DNA of 64,000 bases from Octopus sinensis (GCF_006345805.1 NC_043013.1:36580001-36644000), one strand, 5' to 3'. Shown: positions 1 through 11,904, counted from the first letter of the stretch. The notes: generated from the sequence alone by a model not told the origin. Translations and numbers: made by a program.

Positions 1-689
1 ATAAGGGGCTGGAGCACCCTATCATGTGTATTGGCCTCAAGTCCTGAATTCCTGAATATTTGTAAGTTGGTAAAAGAACAACTAAGAATGCCATGTCATA
101 TATCCTGCTCTGAGAATTGCCCATAATGAATGCCACAACTTCTCTAACAACGGGTAATGTAAACAAACTTACACCCTTGAACCTTGCCACACATATACAT
201 ACCCACACTCATGCCCAAACACAAAAAAAAACCCCCTGTAAAAATACAATTCAGATTTCCCCATCATGTCTGTCTTGCTCTCTCAGTCTCTGTGTCTATC
301 TTTCCTCTCCTCCTCTCTCTCACAGTCCCCCGCTCTGTCTCTTCCTCTGTTCCTTTCTCTTTTTCTCTATCTCTTTTTTCCACCATGTCTCTTACTCTGC
401 CTGTCTCTCACTCCCCTCATCTGTCGGTCTCTTTCTCTCTCTTTCACTCGCTCCTCTGCCAGTCTTCGTTTTTTTTTTTTATTTTCCTTCCCAATATTTT
501 GGTCTAGGTTGAATTCTCTCCCTTCCCTTCGGTTTAGTTCTGGAGTAAGTAAGAAAACCTACGCATGTACGTGTGTGCATGCATATATGCATATATGGAT
601 GTACATACATACATACACATATACATACATAAACATATATACACACACATATATGCACATGTACACTCATATGTATATATGATACGTAA

Positions 690-861
690 ACATTATATAT
701 ATATATATCTATATATATAACACATATACATATATGCATGATGATATATAAAATAAAATAATATATGTATGTATATATGGTATATATATTATAATATTGT
801 ATGTGTGTGTTTGTGTGTGTGTGTACATATATATCTATATCTATCTATCTATCTATCTATA

Positions 862-918
<57 letters not shown>

Positions 919-984
919 TATAATATATATACATATATATATACAATATATATTAAATACATATATATATACATATATATATAC

Positions 985-1023
<39 letters not shown>

Positions 1024-1246
1024 GATCTCTGAACTAAAATTTATATTATTAAAAATTTTTAAGAATAATAAATTAAACTGATTAGAACTACCATAAAGCT
1101 ATTCTTTTTCTTTTTTCAAATATACCTAAGTGTACCAAGGATCTCAGACATTTTCCAATACATACATACATACATATATATATATTATATATATATTAGA
1201 TACATATATATATATAAATATAAATATATATATTTATTTATTGCTA

Positions 1247-1335
<89 letters not shown>
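690..1335. repeat. (TA)n microsatellite blocks
   Basis: Long TA dinucleotide runs at about 850-1020 and 1240-1335, seen directly. Confidence 0.95.
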
Positions 1336-1338
<3 letters not shown>

Positions 1339-1893
1339 GCATACATGTTGTGAAGGGTGGATGTATATATATATTTATACACACACACACACACCTACAC
1401 ACGTACTGTATACACCGTATATTCTATATATACTGTCATCTGTCAACTGCAACATTCCTTTTCCAGCATCAACCTACCCACCCATCCCGCAGCCTCCCTC
1501 TCCGCTCACCGTATCCTCCACCGAAAACCTCGAGCCCCACCCCACCCCGCCAACCACTCTCCACCCTGCTATTACAACAACAGAGTTGCAGTAGCCTGCA
1601 TTTTTGTCTGGAGAGGTTCACCCAAAGAGTTAGCTATCTAATGATAAACAAAAACCCGTAGCTGCCTACTGAATTCCTTGAAAATGTACATTTTTGTTCG
1701 TTTCATTGAAAGCTTAGCAGTGGGACCGGTGCGGGGGAGGGTGGGGGAGGGTGCGACAGCGGCGGCTGCGACGGCGGGGGAGAACTGGATGGAGAGGAGA
1801 GGAGAGGAGAGAAGAGGGCTGTACAGACGCACACATGCGCGCACATGCACCCATATGCTGGAGACATGCATACATGCATCACATTACAATTTT

Positions 1894-1993
1894 NNNNNNN
1901 NNNNNNNNNNNNNNNNNNNNNNNNNNNNNNNNNNNNNNNNNNNNNNNNNNNNNNNNNNNNNNNNNNNNNNNNNNNNNNNNNNNNNNNNNNNNN
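1894..1993. other. Assembly gap (100 N)
   Basis: Run of exactly 100 N. Confidence 1.
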
Positions 1994-2575
1994 CTACATT
2001 AATATAACTTAGTCTATCATTGGGCTCCTATAAGGCTTATAAATATTATTATAAGATCTAAGGAAACGTCTAAGAATTTGACAACCGTCAGGTTAGTGTC
2101 TATAGTTTACTAAGTCCGAAGTATTTCATTAACTGGATAATATCCTTCCTAAAACGATCTTGTGCTGGTCCATTTGTATTAGCTGTTAAGGCGAGGGCAT
2201 CATCTTGTAGATGGCGAAATGTACGTTAGGGAATGTCTTACCGAAGGTATCTAGGAGAAAGAGTCCAATTAGATCACAGATGCCTGCTCCATCATATGAA
2301 CCCATGCTCACATCGAAAGCGCCCTCCGTGTCGGTGGTTTTTACCCACTTTGCATTCTCACTGAAAAGTAATGTCTTTCTAGCATGGAAGATTATATCCT
2401 TATCATTGGTACTAATTTCTATGAAGTCACTAGCGAAGATTAGGGCTTTATCTAGCAGTTCTTTAGAGATAGAGGCATAAAAATCAACAATATCGAATTG
2501 TGTAAACCTCGCTTTTTCTTATTCTTAATAGCTTTAAACCAGTCTACGACTTCTATACTATTGGACCATTGCACT
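1994..2575 (-). mobile_element. Penelope-like element reverse transcriptase fragment (probably Naiad-type), frameshifted, cut by the gap
   Basis: Manual minus-strand translation with five 1-nt frameshift corrections gives QWSNSIEVVDWFKAIKNK..ARFTQFDIVDFYASISKELLDKAL..FDVSMGSYDGAGICDLIGLFLL..AIYxDDALA..GLSxTIDTNLTVVKFLDVSLDL..YKPYRxPNDRLSYINV. These are PLE RT motifs (FDIVDFY, MGSYDGA, YxDD, FLDV, KPND). The Naiad assignment is from memory. Confidence 0.9.
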
Positions 2576-2684
2576 AGCCATACAAAATAAGAAAATGGAG
2601 AAATACATTGTTGGGTATTTCACTAGCAGTATATTGGTATATGTTATCCCATGGAGGGTTGCATTTACAACCCCTATCTCAATT

Positions 2685-2756
<72 letters not shown>

Positions 2757-3092
2757 TATGTTATAATATATATATATATATATATGTGTGTAGATAGATT
2801 GATAGATATAAAAGCAGAGAGAAATTGTGAGAATTAGAGATGGGGAGGAACAAAGAGAGAAGGAGCAAGGAGGGAACACAAGCAATATTGCAAAAGAAGG
2901 GTTTTGTTGATGCTAATAAGAGTGGGGCCCCCACTGGCTAAGATGACCAGGTAGTTGCTATTAACCTGAATGCAAAAGCGCAGGTAATGCCAAAGGCAGA
3001 AGGGCAGGTTTTATGTGAAAAACAATGGAGGTTGGTTTTGAAGGACCTACAGAATAAGGTGTGATGCAACACTGTGATGGAAATGGTTTCTT

Positions 3093-3295
3093 TTAACCAT
3101 TTAACATTTAGATTACTTTGTCAAATGTAATTCTTAATTTATTGTTTTGAATTAGTTGTGCATTATCTTGTAGCTTGGATGCTCTGATGACGTGATTGTG
3201 TAGCTTTTTAGAATGACATTGTAGAGTAGGTGTGAGAAGCTAGATCTGGTACAATTTGGGGCTGGATATGGCAGGTTTAAATTCTAAAGTGTTAA
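3093..3295. mobile_element. piggyBac-like MITE (degenerate)
   Basis: TTAA at both ends (3093-3096, 3292-3295) with imperfect TIRs TTAACCATTTAACATTT / AAATTCTAAAGTGTTAA. Confidence 0.6.
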
Positions 3296-3320
3296 ATCAA
3301 TTCTGCTTCTAAACACCACT

Positions 3321-3521
3321 GCCAACCAAAGCCTTGTGAGTGGATTTGGTAGACAGAAACTTAAAGAAGCCCGTCGTATATATGTATGAATATTGGCGTT
3401 AGGAAGGGCATCCAGCTGTAGAAACACTGCCAGATCACACTGGGCCTGGTGCAGCCTTCTGGCTTCCCAGACCCCAGTTGAACCGTCCAACCCATGCTAG
3501 CATGGAAAACGGACGTTAAAC

Positions 3522-3564
<43 letters not shown>

Positions 3565-3835
3565 CTGATATATATATGTGTGTGTGTGTGTGTGTGTATG
3601 TATGTGTGTCTGTGTTTGTCCCCCCCCCCCACATCGCTTGACAACCGATGCTGGTGTGCTTACATCCCTGTACTTGTAACTTAGCAGTTCGGTAAAAGAG
3701 ACCGATAGAATAAGTACTAGAAGTACTTGGCTTACAAAGAATAAGTCCTGGGGTCGATCTGCTCGACTAAAGGCAGTGCTCCAGCATGGCCACAGTCAAA
3801 TAACTGAAACAAGTAAAAGAGTAAAAGGGTATACA
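3321..3835 (+). mobile_element. SINE family A, 5'-truncated, interrupted by an RTE 3' tail
   Basis: Matches the other A copies in the window (CAAAGCCTTGTGAGTGGATTTGGTAGAC ... GACTGAAACAAGTAAAAGAGTAAAAG). Confidence 0.85.
3393..3567 (+). mobile_element. RTE LINE 3' tail (family B) inserted in SINE A
   Basis: TTGGCGTTAGGAAGGGCATCCAGCTGTAGAAAC ... GGACGTTAAAC(GAT)n, the same tail that follows RTE coding sequence at 9875-10312. Confidence 0.85.
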
Positions 3836-3839
3836 TACA

Positions 3840-4160
3840 TACTGGCACTCCATCGGTCACAATGATGTGGGTTCCATTTGATCCGAGCAATGAAACGGCT
3901 TGCTCATGAAATAAACATGCAAGTGGCTGAGTACTCCACAGACACACATACCCTTAACGTAGTTCACTGGGAGATTCAGCGTGACACAGAATGTGACAAG
4001 GCTGGCTCTTTTGAAATACAGGCTCTACTCATTTTTACTAGCTGAGTGGACTGGAGCAACGTGAAATAAAGTGTCTTGCTCAAGGACACAGTATGTCACC
4101 AGGAATTGAAATCACAACCTTACAATCATGAGCCAGTTACCCTAACCACTAAGCCACAGA
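3840..4160 (-). mobile_element. tRNA-headed SINE family D (V-domain-like body)
   Basis: Minus strand begins TGTGGCTTAGTGGTTAGGG (A box) ... GATTTCAATTCC (B-box-like), followed by GTGTCCTTGAGCAAGACACTTTATTTCACGTTGCTCCAGTCCACTCAGCT. Confidence 0.75.
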
Positions 4161-4764
4161 CCTAGTGGTTAGGATTTTCTGACTGGCACACCTAATGAAA
4201 AATTACCTTCAAATTTTTTTTGTAATGCAGCCCACCTGATGAAGGGCCATGGCTCATGCGGCCCACTTCTCAAAGAAAATGGTTATCAATTCCAGCATTA
4301 ATGCTTCATCTCTCGCTTGATTTATTGCAATGCTGTTATTTAGCCCTAGGTCATATTTGGTCCAGTAGACCCATGATAAAAGTCATTCAAGCTATATGAT
4401 TATCCTTTCCACCAATGTTTTTGTTTGGGTGTTTTCTATTTTTAATTGTCTTTTTTTTGTGGCGGCGGGGGTAAGGAGGGTGGAGGAGGTTGCAGGAATT
4501 GTATGCCGATCTTTGGCTCCTACTTCCACTCCCACTCTCACTCCCGCTCCTCCTCCTCCTCCTCCTCCTCCCCCCTCCCACTCTAATCCACTCCATGTGT
4601 AACATAAAGAAATATAACACTTGTGTCTTCTATTGTGCTTCAAATGTCAATGGTGATGTCCTGAGTTCTTGTGTGTGTGTGTATGCACGTGTCTGCATGT
4701 GTGTGTGCGTGTGTGTTTGTGCATGCATGTGGTGTGTGTGTGTGTGATTGTGTTTGTATGTGTG

Positions 4765-4834
4765 TGTAGGTGTATGCATATAGGTGAGTATGATCACATG
4801 TGTGTGTACGTGTCTGTGTGCATATGTGTGTGTA

Positions 4835-4865
<31 letters not shown>

Positions 4866-5660
4866 AGGTGTATGCATATAGGTGAGTATGATCACATGTG
4901 TGTGTACGTGTCTGTGTGCATATGTGTGTGTATGTATGTGTGTGTGTGTGTGTGTGTGTGTAGGTGTATGCATATAGGTGAGTATGATCACATGTGTGTG
5001 TACGTGTCTGTGTGCATATGTGTGTGTATGTATGTGTGTGTGTGTGTGTGTGTGTGTAGGTGTATGCATATAGGTGAGTATGATCACATGTGTGTGTACG
5101 TGTCTGTGTGCATATGTGTGTGTATGTATGTGTGTGTGTGTGTGTGTGTGTGTAGGTGTATGCATATAGGTGAGTATGATCACATGTGTGTGTATGTGTC
5201 TGTGTGCATATATGTGTGTGTGTGTGAGTGTGTTTGTATGTGTATGTAGGTGTATGCATATAGGTGAGTATGATCACATGTGTGTGTATGTGTCTGTGTG
5301 CATATATGTGTGTGTGTGTGAGTGTGTTTGTATGTGTATGTAGGTGTATGCATATAGGTGAGTATGATCACATGTGTGTGTACGTGTCTGTGTGCATATG
5401 TGTGTGTATGTATGTGTGTGTGTGTGTGTGTGTGTAGGTGTATGCATATAGGTGAGTATGATTACATGTGTGTGTACGTGTCTGTGTGCATATGTGTGTG
5501 TATGTATGTGTGTGTGTGTGTGTGTGTGTAGGTGTATGCATATAGGTGAGTATGATCACATGTGTGTGTACGTGTCTGTGTGCATATGTGTGTGTATGTA
5601 TGTGTGTGTGTGTGTGTGTGTGTAGGTGTATGCATATAGGTGAGTATGATCACATGTGTG
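4765..5660. repeat. Minisatellite, about 10 copies of a 94-98 bp unit
   Basis: Unit TAGGTGTATGCATATAGGTGAGTATGATCACATGTGTGTGTACGTGTCTGTGTGCATATG..(GT)n. Unit length varies mainly through the GT tract. Confidence 0.95.
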
Positions 5661-5894
5661 TGTGGTGTGTATAGTTGTACATGTGCATGTGTATGGTTTT
5701 GTGTGTGTTTCTGTATGTGTTATTGTGTATATGTAGACATATGTGTATGCATATGTATATGAATGATTGTACGCTTGCATGTGTGTGCGTTTGTGTGTGT
5801 GTGTGTGTGTGTGGTTATATAGGTGTATATATATGTGCGTATGTGTCTATTTTTATGTGTCCGTGTGTAGGCAGATTTGTGTATGTATGTGTAT

Positions 5895-6085
5895 GAGGGG
5901 GTCCATCATCATCACCATCATCCTTATCATCATCTTCATCCTCCTCATCATCATCACCTTCATCATCATCATTGTCATAATCATCATCATCATCACCACC
6001 ATGATCATCATAATCATCATGATCATCATGATCATCACCATCATCAACATCATCATCATCACCACCACCACCATCATCATTTAAC
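5895..6085. repeat. (CAT)n/(CAC)n microsatellite
   Basis: Seen directly. Confidence 0.9.
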
Positions 6086-6329
6086 ACCACCTTGTGCTTA
6101 TTAGACAAGCTAAAAATAACAGCTAAATTACCTTCAAACCTTATGCCCTACCATTCCCCTCACCAAAATATGAAGTAAACATTACAAACTACAGTTAGTT
6201 CTACATTATCAAATGTAGGCCTCTACTTTCACTAGAGATAGTCATATCTGGAATGTCATTTATCATAACAACAACAACAACAACAACAATAACAATAATA
6301 TTAGTTTGAAATTTTGGTGCGACACAAAC

Positions 6330-6425
6330 AATTCTGGTGGAATTTGAACTCAGAACGTAAAGGTGGATGAAATACGACTAAGTATTTCACCCTGTGTGTT
6401 AATGCTTCTGCCGGCTCGCCGCTTT
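6330..6425 (-). mobile_element. SINE family C head fragment
   Basis: GGAATTTGAACTCAGAAC ... CTGCCGGCTCGCCGC is the reverse complement of the family C tRNA-like head. Confidence 0.75.
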
Positions 6426-6664
6426 AACAGCCTGACTAATAATGAAAACCTTGTCCTTAGCATTAACACCACCACCACCACCACCACCACCACCACCACC
6501 GCTGCCGCCAACAACAACAACAACAATGCCAGAAACAGCAGCACTCACTATGAAAGGATATGAACATGATGAAGACAAAGAGTATTGGAACTAAATAAAG
6601 GTTTTACTTCCAGGTGGAATATCGCATTTCAGGAAAGAACAGATTAGTACCTTAGTCGTTAGAA

Positions 6665-7020
6665 GATGTGTGTGTGTGTGAGTGGATGTATACGTGTGTG
6701 TATGTGTGCGTATGCATGTATTTGCATGTGTAGTGAGTGTGTGTGTGTGTGTATGTCAGGTGTGTGAGTGAATGCGTAATATGAGTGTGTATGTGTGAGT
6801 ATGTGTGTGTAAATGTATGTAGTGTGTGTGTGAATGTATGTGTGTATATAGTGTGTGTGTATGTGTGTATGTCATGTATAGTGAGTGTGTGTATGTGTAT
6901 GTGAAGTGTGTGTGCATATGTGTAATATGCATGTGTCTATGTGTAAATATGTGTATGTGTACATGTGTACTGTATGTGTGTATGTGTGTGTGTGTGTGTG
7001 TGTGTGTAGTATATGTGTAT
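6665..7020. repeat. (GT)n-rich degenerate microsatellite
   Basis: Seen directly. Confidence 0.9.
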
Positions 7021-7185
7021 AAGCTTTGTTTCAATTGTCATTTATATTTTTATATTTTGTTTTTAGACTTTTGTTTCTTGTTTTTTTTTTTAATTATTAT
7101 TTTTGTTTCTGTTGTTAATTGATTCTGTTTCGGTTTCATCTACTTGATATCAATGAACAAACTGTGACTTCAAATTCACTGCAGA

Positions 7186-7370
7186 GGGGTTGGCGTTAGG
7201 AAGGGCATCTGGCCATAAAAACCCTGCCAAAACAGACATAGTATAACCTACCTGGTCAGCTAGGATAACCTAGGATAACCTAGGATAATCTACCTGGTCA
7301 GCTCCTGTCAACTGTCCTGTCCATGCATGCATGGAAGACAGACGTTAAACGATGATGATGATGATGTCAT
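7186..7370 (+). mobile_element. RTE 3' tail with internal slippage duplication
   Basis: GGTTGGCGTTAGGAAGGGCATC ... GACGTTAAAC(GAT)n, with TAGGATAACC repeated about 3 times between two ACCTGGTCAGCT copies. Confidence 0.8.
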
Positions 7371-7384
7371 CATCATATGTGTGT

Positions 7385-7425
<41 letters not shown>

Positions 7426-7469
7426 TGTTGTGTGTGTGTGTGTGCTTGTGAGTCTACATACACATGTAT

Positions 7470-7635
7470 GCACAACAGGCTTATTTCTATTTCTGCCAAC
7501 CAAATCCATTCCGAAAGCTTTGGCTATAGTAGAAGATACTTGTCATTCTTGTCCTTGGTGCCATATAGTGGGATCGAACCTGAAACCACATAGCTGAGTA
7601 GTGAACATTTTAGCAACACAACCTGCCTGTGCCCC
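7470..7635 (-). mobile_element. SINE A head fragment (diverged)
   Basis: CAAATCCATTCC..GCTATAGTAGAAGATACTTG..GGGATCGAACC matches the reverse of the family A head. Confidence 0.7.
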
Positions 7636-7719
7636 TCACTGCCATGCTTCTACAATATACACTTACACACATGCACATATATACACATATCCATTATGCA
7701 ATATTATAAAAGCTCTGCT

Positions 7720-8175
7720 GGGGTGGTGGGCTGGCATTAGCATGCCCAGCGAAATACTTAGAGGTAATTTCATCCATCTATATCAGGGGTTCCCAAGCAG
7801 TAGTTCCTGATCCCTTGGGTGCGTGTGTGGGGGGGGGGTCACGAAGTCTTGGCAGTAGGGTCATGTAACTCTGCTAGAAGTGGCTTGGGATAATATTAAT
7901 TAATTAAAATGTAAATCAAACTGCTGATAGTAGGGGCTGGGGTCACGTGGGTTTCAAGGTTATTTGGGTAAGGGATCCCAAGTGCAAAAATGTTGGGAAC
8001 TACTGATCTATATGTTCTGAATTTAAATACCACTGAGGTCGACTTTGCCTTTCATCTTTTTTTTTTTTGGAGTGTGTGGTCGATAAAATAAGAACCAATC
8101 AAGCACTGGAGTCGATGTAATTGACTCACTTCATGCTCTGAATTTGTTGGCCTTGTCCTAAAATCTGAAACCAAG
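7720..8175 (+). mobile_element. SINE family C split by a hAT MITE
   Basis: GGCATTAGCATGCCCAGCGAAATACTTAG.. | ..GTTCTGAATTTAAATACCACTGAGGTCGACTTTGCCTTTCATC rejoins the family C consensus when 7784-8013 is removed. Confidence 0.8.
7784..8005. mobile_element. hAT-family MITE
   Basis: TIRs CAGGGGTTCCCAA / TTGGGAACTACTG with a perfect 8-bp TSD ATCTATAT (7776-7783, 8006-8013). Confidence 0.92.
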
Positions 8176-8284
8176 ATCATACAACCTCTGTACATGTAAT
8201 GTGTAAGAAAACCATATATAATTATTCTCATGGAAATTGTAGTTTCATAACATCTTTGTTTATTCAGTTATCTATGTCTAAAAT

Positions 8285-8640
8285 TACCATCATCTTCATT
8301 TAATGTCCATTTTTCCTACTAGCAGAGTTGGATGGTTTGACAGGAGCTGATAATCCAGGGGTCTGCACCAAACTTTATTAGTTGTTTTGGCAGGATTTCT
8401 AAGGCTGCACGTACTTCCTAACACAAATTGCTTGACAGATCATAGACGGTGCTTTTTATGTGACCTCAGCACTGGTGAGGTCACTAAGTAACTTGCAAGG
8501 CAAGACCTCTTAATGGGGCAGGGAGTAGTTCTGAGGCAGGTGGTTTTATGCTCTAGGATGAGAGGTTATGGTATGAAAGAGGGACAGAAACAGGTGTTTT
8601 GCTGTAGAGAAGGAGAGAGAAAAAGAAGATGGTGAAGAAC
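8285..8640 (-). mobile_element. Old, diverged RTE-tail subfamily with long 5' extension
   Basis: CATCATCTTCATTTAATGTCCATTTT.. tail. The extension GTCACTAAGTAACTTGCAAGGCAAGA..GAAACAGGTGTTTTGCTGTAGAG is shared with 18650-18835. Confidence 0.6.
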
Positions 8641-9874
8641 TTGTGTCAGGATGTATCCTCAGTCAAATGTTCTAGTGGTTGGAGTCATTAACTCATGATC
8701 ATCAGGGCATTAGTTCAATCCTTCAAGCAGGTAGCAAGTGCTGACAATGAGCAGAACACTTCACTTCATGGTGGTCCAGATCCAGTCAACTCTACTGTAA
8801 ATGAGTAGTACCAGTCTTGATCTGATTCCAGGCTTCTATTCCTCCTGCCAGGCCTACAGTGTGATGTCTGAAAGACTTTCCATGCCTGCTCCATGACTTG
8901 ATAGTCACTGGAAACAATGAGTGAAAGCATGGTAAGAGCTATCTAGTTATATTCACTTGTAACTATGGTTTATTGGAAGAAAGAAAGTGAAAGAGAATGA
9001 ACAGGGAAGGAAAAAGAGAGAGAAGGAGAGGGAGTGGTAGTTTATAGAGAGGAGACAGAGGTGGGGATCGAGGGAGGGATATAATGATAGAGTTGGTTCA
9101 TTTTTAATAGACATGTTGTTTACATTGTCTCGTTACATCTCTCGTTAACAAGTGAGACATGTATTTTAATTAAATGACTTGGTTTTGCTTTATTTTTTCT
9201 TCTGCGGCATTTTAAATTTAATTACTTTATATATAAAAAAAAGGCACATATTAGAAACAAACACAGAACAAAAAAATATATGAATTATATTTTAATAAAA
9301 GAATAATAATTGCATTAAAAGAAAAAGACAAAATACATATACGTCAATAAATTAAAAAGTATATTTTTAATAAAAAAAAATCCCATAATAATAATAATAA
9401 TTATATTAAAACATAGAGACGGAAAACAAATATAATAATATTAAAATCTAAAATTGAATTTAGTAAAGAAAAAATAAATGCATATTACAAGAAAAAAGCT
9501 TAAAACAAAAGACATGCTATAATGGAATAAATAAAAGAAATTGAATAAAAATAGAATAATTAAATTTTGAATTAAATTTAAAAACTCATAAAACAAAATA
9601 TAAGGATAAAATATTTAAATATATTTAAAAAAAAAGAAATTCACGTTACAAAAAAGAAATGATTATTAAAATAAAATCATAATAATATTTATAGAAAAGA
9701 AAAAAACTTTGCTTGTGTCATATCCATTTTTCTATTCTAGGAAAGTCTGGAAGATATATATTCTTGAAGAATTGGTTTATAGACATGCCTTCCTGTTGCT
9801 CATCCATGCCTGTTCTGCAAGTGAGGAATTTGTTTCTTTCACTTGTCTTTGAAAGTACAGTCGTTATCGTCATT

Positions 9875-10312
9875 ATCATCATCATCATCATCATCATAAT
9901 CATCATCATTTAGTATCCGTTTTCCACATTGGCATGGGTTTAGACTGTTTGACTGCGACTGGTAAGCTGGAGAGCTGCATTAGGCTCCAATCTGATTTGG
10001 CTCAGTTTCTGCGGATGGATACCCTTCCTAACATCGACTACTCCAAGAGTGTAGCAGATGCCTGTTATGTGTCACTGGCATGGGTGCCTTTACGTGTTAT
10101 CAGCACTGGCCATGATTACAATTTCACTTGGCTTGACGTATCTTCTCAAGCACAGAAAATCACCAAAGGCCTCAATCACTTGTCATTGCCTCCATAAGAG
10201 ACAACATCCAAATATCATACTTCACTCATGTCTTCCTGGGTCTAACACTTCCATAGGTTCCCTCAACAGTTAGAGATTGGCACTTCTTTATGCAGCTGTC
10301 CTCATCCATACA
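9875..10312 (-). mobile_element. RTE-clade LINE 3' end including the degraded ORF C-terminus
   Basis: Minus 10312-10124 reads MDEDSCIKKCQSLTVEGTYGSVRPRKT*..EAMTSD*GLW*FSVLEKIRQAK*, typical of the RTE C-terminus (..GRGRPRKTW..DR..W..). It is followed by the family B 3' UTR and a (GAT)n tail. Confidence 0.85.
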
Positions 10313-10384
10313 CATTAAGTTTGAGAATAATTTTTTTGATAAAGATTGTTGACTTAACGCTATGCCATCAACTAACAAGTGCAA

Positions 10385-10700
10385 GCATGGCTCTGTGGTG
10401 AAGAAGCTTGCTTTCCAACCACATGGTCCTTGGTTCAGTCCTACTTCATACCACTTCTACTATAGCCATAAGCTGATCAAATGCTTGTGAATCATCATCA
10501 TCATCGTTTAACGTCTGCTTTCCATGCTAGCATGGGTTGGATGAATGACTGAGTGCTGGCGAACCAGATGGCTGCACCAGGCTTCAATCTTGATCTGGCA
10601 GAGTTTCTATGGCTGGATGCCCTTCCTAACGCCAACCACTCCGAGAGTGTAGTGGGTGCTTATTTGATAAATGGAAACTGAAGGAGCCTGTTGAATATAT
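10385..10700 (+). mobile_element. SINE A 5' part with inverted RTE tail inserted at about 10495-10660
   Basis: GGCTCTGTGGTGAAGAAGCTTGCTTTCCAACCACATGG head. The A sequence resumes ATTTGATAAATGGAAACTGAAGGAGCC after the insert. Confidence 0.75.
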
Positions 10701-10924
10701 ATTTCAGATATTTTGCAAACAACTTGCAGATGTAAGTGATACCATTTGAAAGCTCCACATAACAGATGCGTGCAAGTTCATGGGGTCATCAGGGGAGAAT
10801 GTGTGCTGTTGTGCGACCTTTCTCTCAATGGCATAATTGCACACCGCCATCCCTCCTCCACTGAGATGTGGACCCCCCACTTGCTAGATCAGTTGGCTAC
10901 TTGTTTCACTCAGTAAACAAAATC

Positions 10925-11148
10925 CATATGTGTGAGTGCATGCGTGTGTGAGTGTATGTGTGTGTGAGTGCATGTGTGTGTGAGTGCATGTGTGTGAGTG
11001 CATGTGTGTGTGAGTGCATGTGTGTGTGAGTGCATGTGTGTGTGAGTGCATGCGTGTGTGAGTGCATGTGTGTGTGAGTGCATGTGTGCGTGTGTGTGTA
11101 TGTGTGTGTGAGTGCATGTGTGTGTGAGTGCATGTGTGTGTGAGTGCA

Positions 11149-11187
<39 letters not shown>

Positions 11188-11200
11188 ATGCATGTGTTCA
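10925..11200. repeat. Degenerate TGTGTG(TG)AGTGCA minisatellite
   Basis: Repeating 12-14 bp GAGTGCATGTGTGT units. Confidence 0.9.
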
Positions 11201-11835
11201 TGTGTTTGTTTTGTATCTGTGTTTATCCTACCACCACCACCACCACTTGAACAACTGGTGTTGGTACATTTACACCCTCATAACTTAGAGGTATGGCAAA
11301 AGAAACTGACAGAGTAAGTACCAGGCTTGAGAAAACAAAAAGTATCGAGGCTGATTAGTCAGGTCCAATGAAGCTTGCACAGCATTTCATAGACACTCTC
11401 CACCCTACTGACATGATCCAAAGGCAAGCCAGGACAAGACATCCAGGGTTGACATGGGTTACAGGTTCAGCAATATGGAGTGCCATGATCCCAAGCACGT
11501 GCAAAAGATCCCCAAAATGTTTCGTGCCTTTCTGTGTATATCTAGTTTTATATCAGAGTGATCTTCTCAAAAAGACATGCTTTAACAAAAGCTAAGGGCT
11601 GCCTCACTTTCAGTGGTTTTTCCAGCATGCTGGACATCAACCGGGAATTTCTGAGGGTCCATTCCATTATTTTCCGTTCTCTCTCCATTATTTTTTCCCC
11701 TCTCAATCCTTTCTGTTGAAGTGTGTAGGCTCAAAACATCCAAGACTTTTCTATTCTTCCCAAGCATTAAACTAATACACCTGCTTGTTCCTTCACCTGC
11801 CCTCATCTTTTCTTTTCACTAAATTCGAACTCTCG

Positions 11836-11904
<69 letters not shown>

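Noticed and set aside
1653-1675. AACCCGTAG, identical to the 5' end of miR-100
   Set aside because: The sequence diverges after 9 nt (CTGCCTACTG vs ATCCGAACTT) and no complementary star arm is visible.
10708-10731. 24-nt plus-strand microexon candidate (TTTCAG|...GAT|GTAAGT)
   Set aside because: The acceptor is supplied by a decayed SINE A microsatellite with almost no pyrimidine tract. Probably chance.
11430-11640. Plus-frame peptide SRVDMGYRFSNMECHDPKHVQKIPKMFRAFLCISSF faintly like Gypsy RT (GH.IS..DP.KV.AI..RAFLG)
   Set aside because: Similarity is too weak by eye, with no YxDD and no LTRs. It would need an HMM search.
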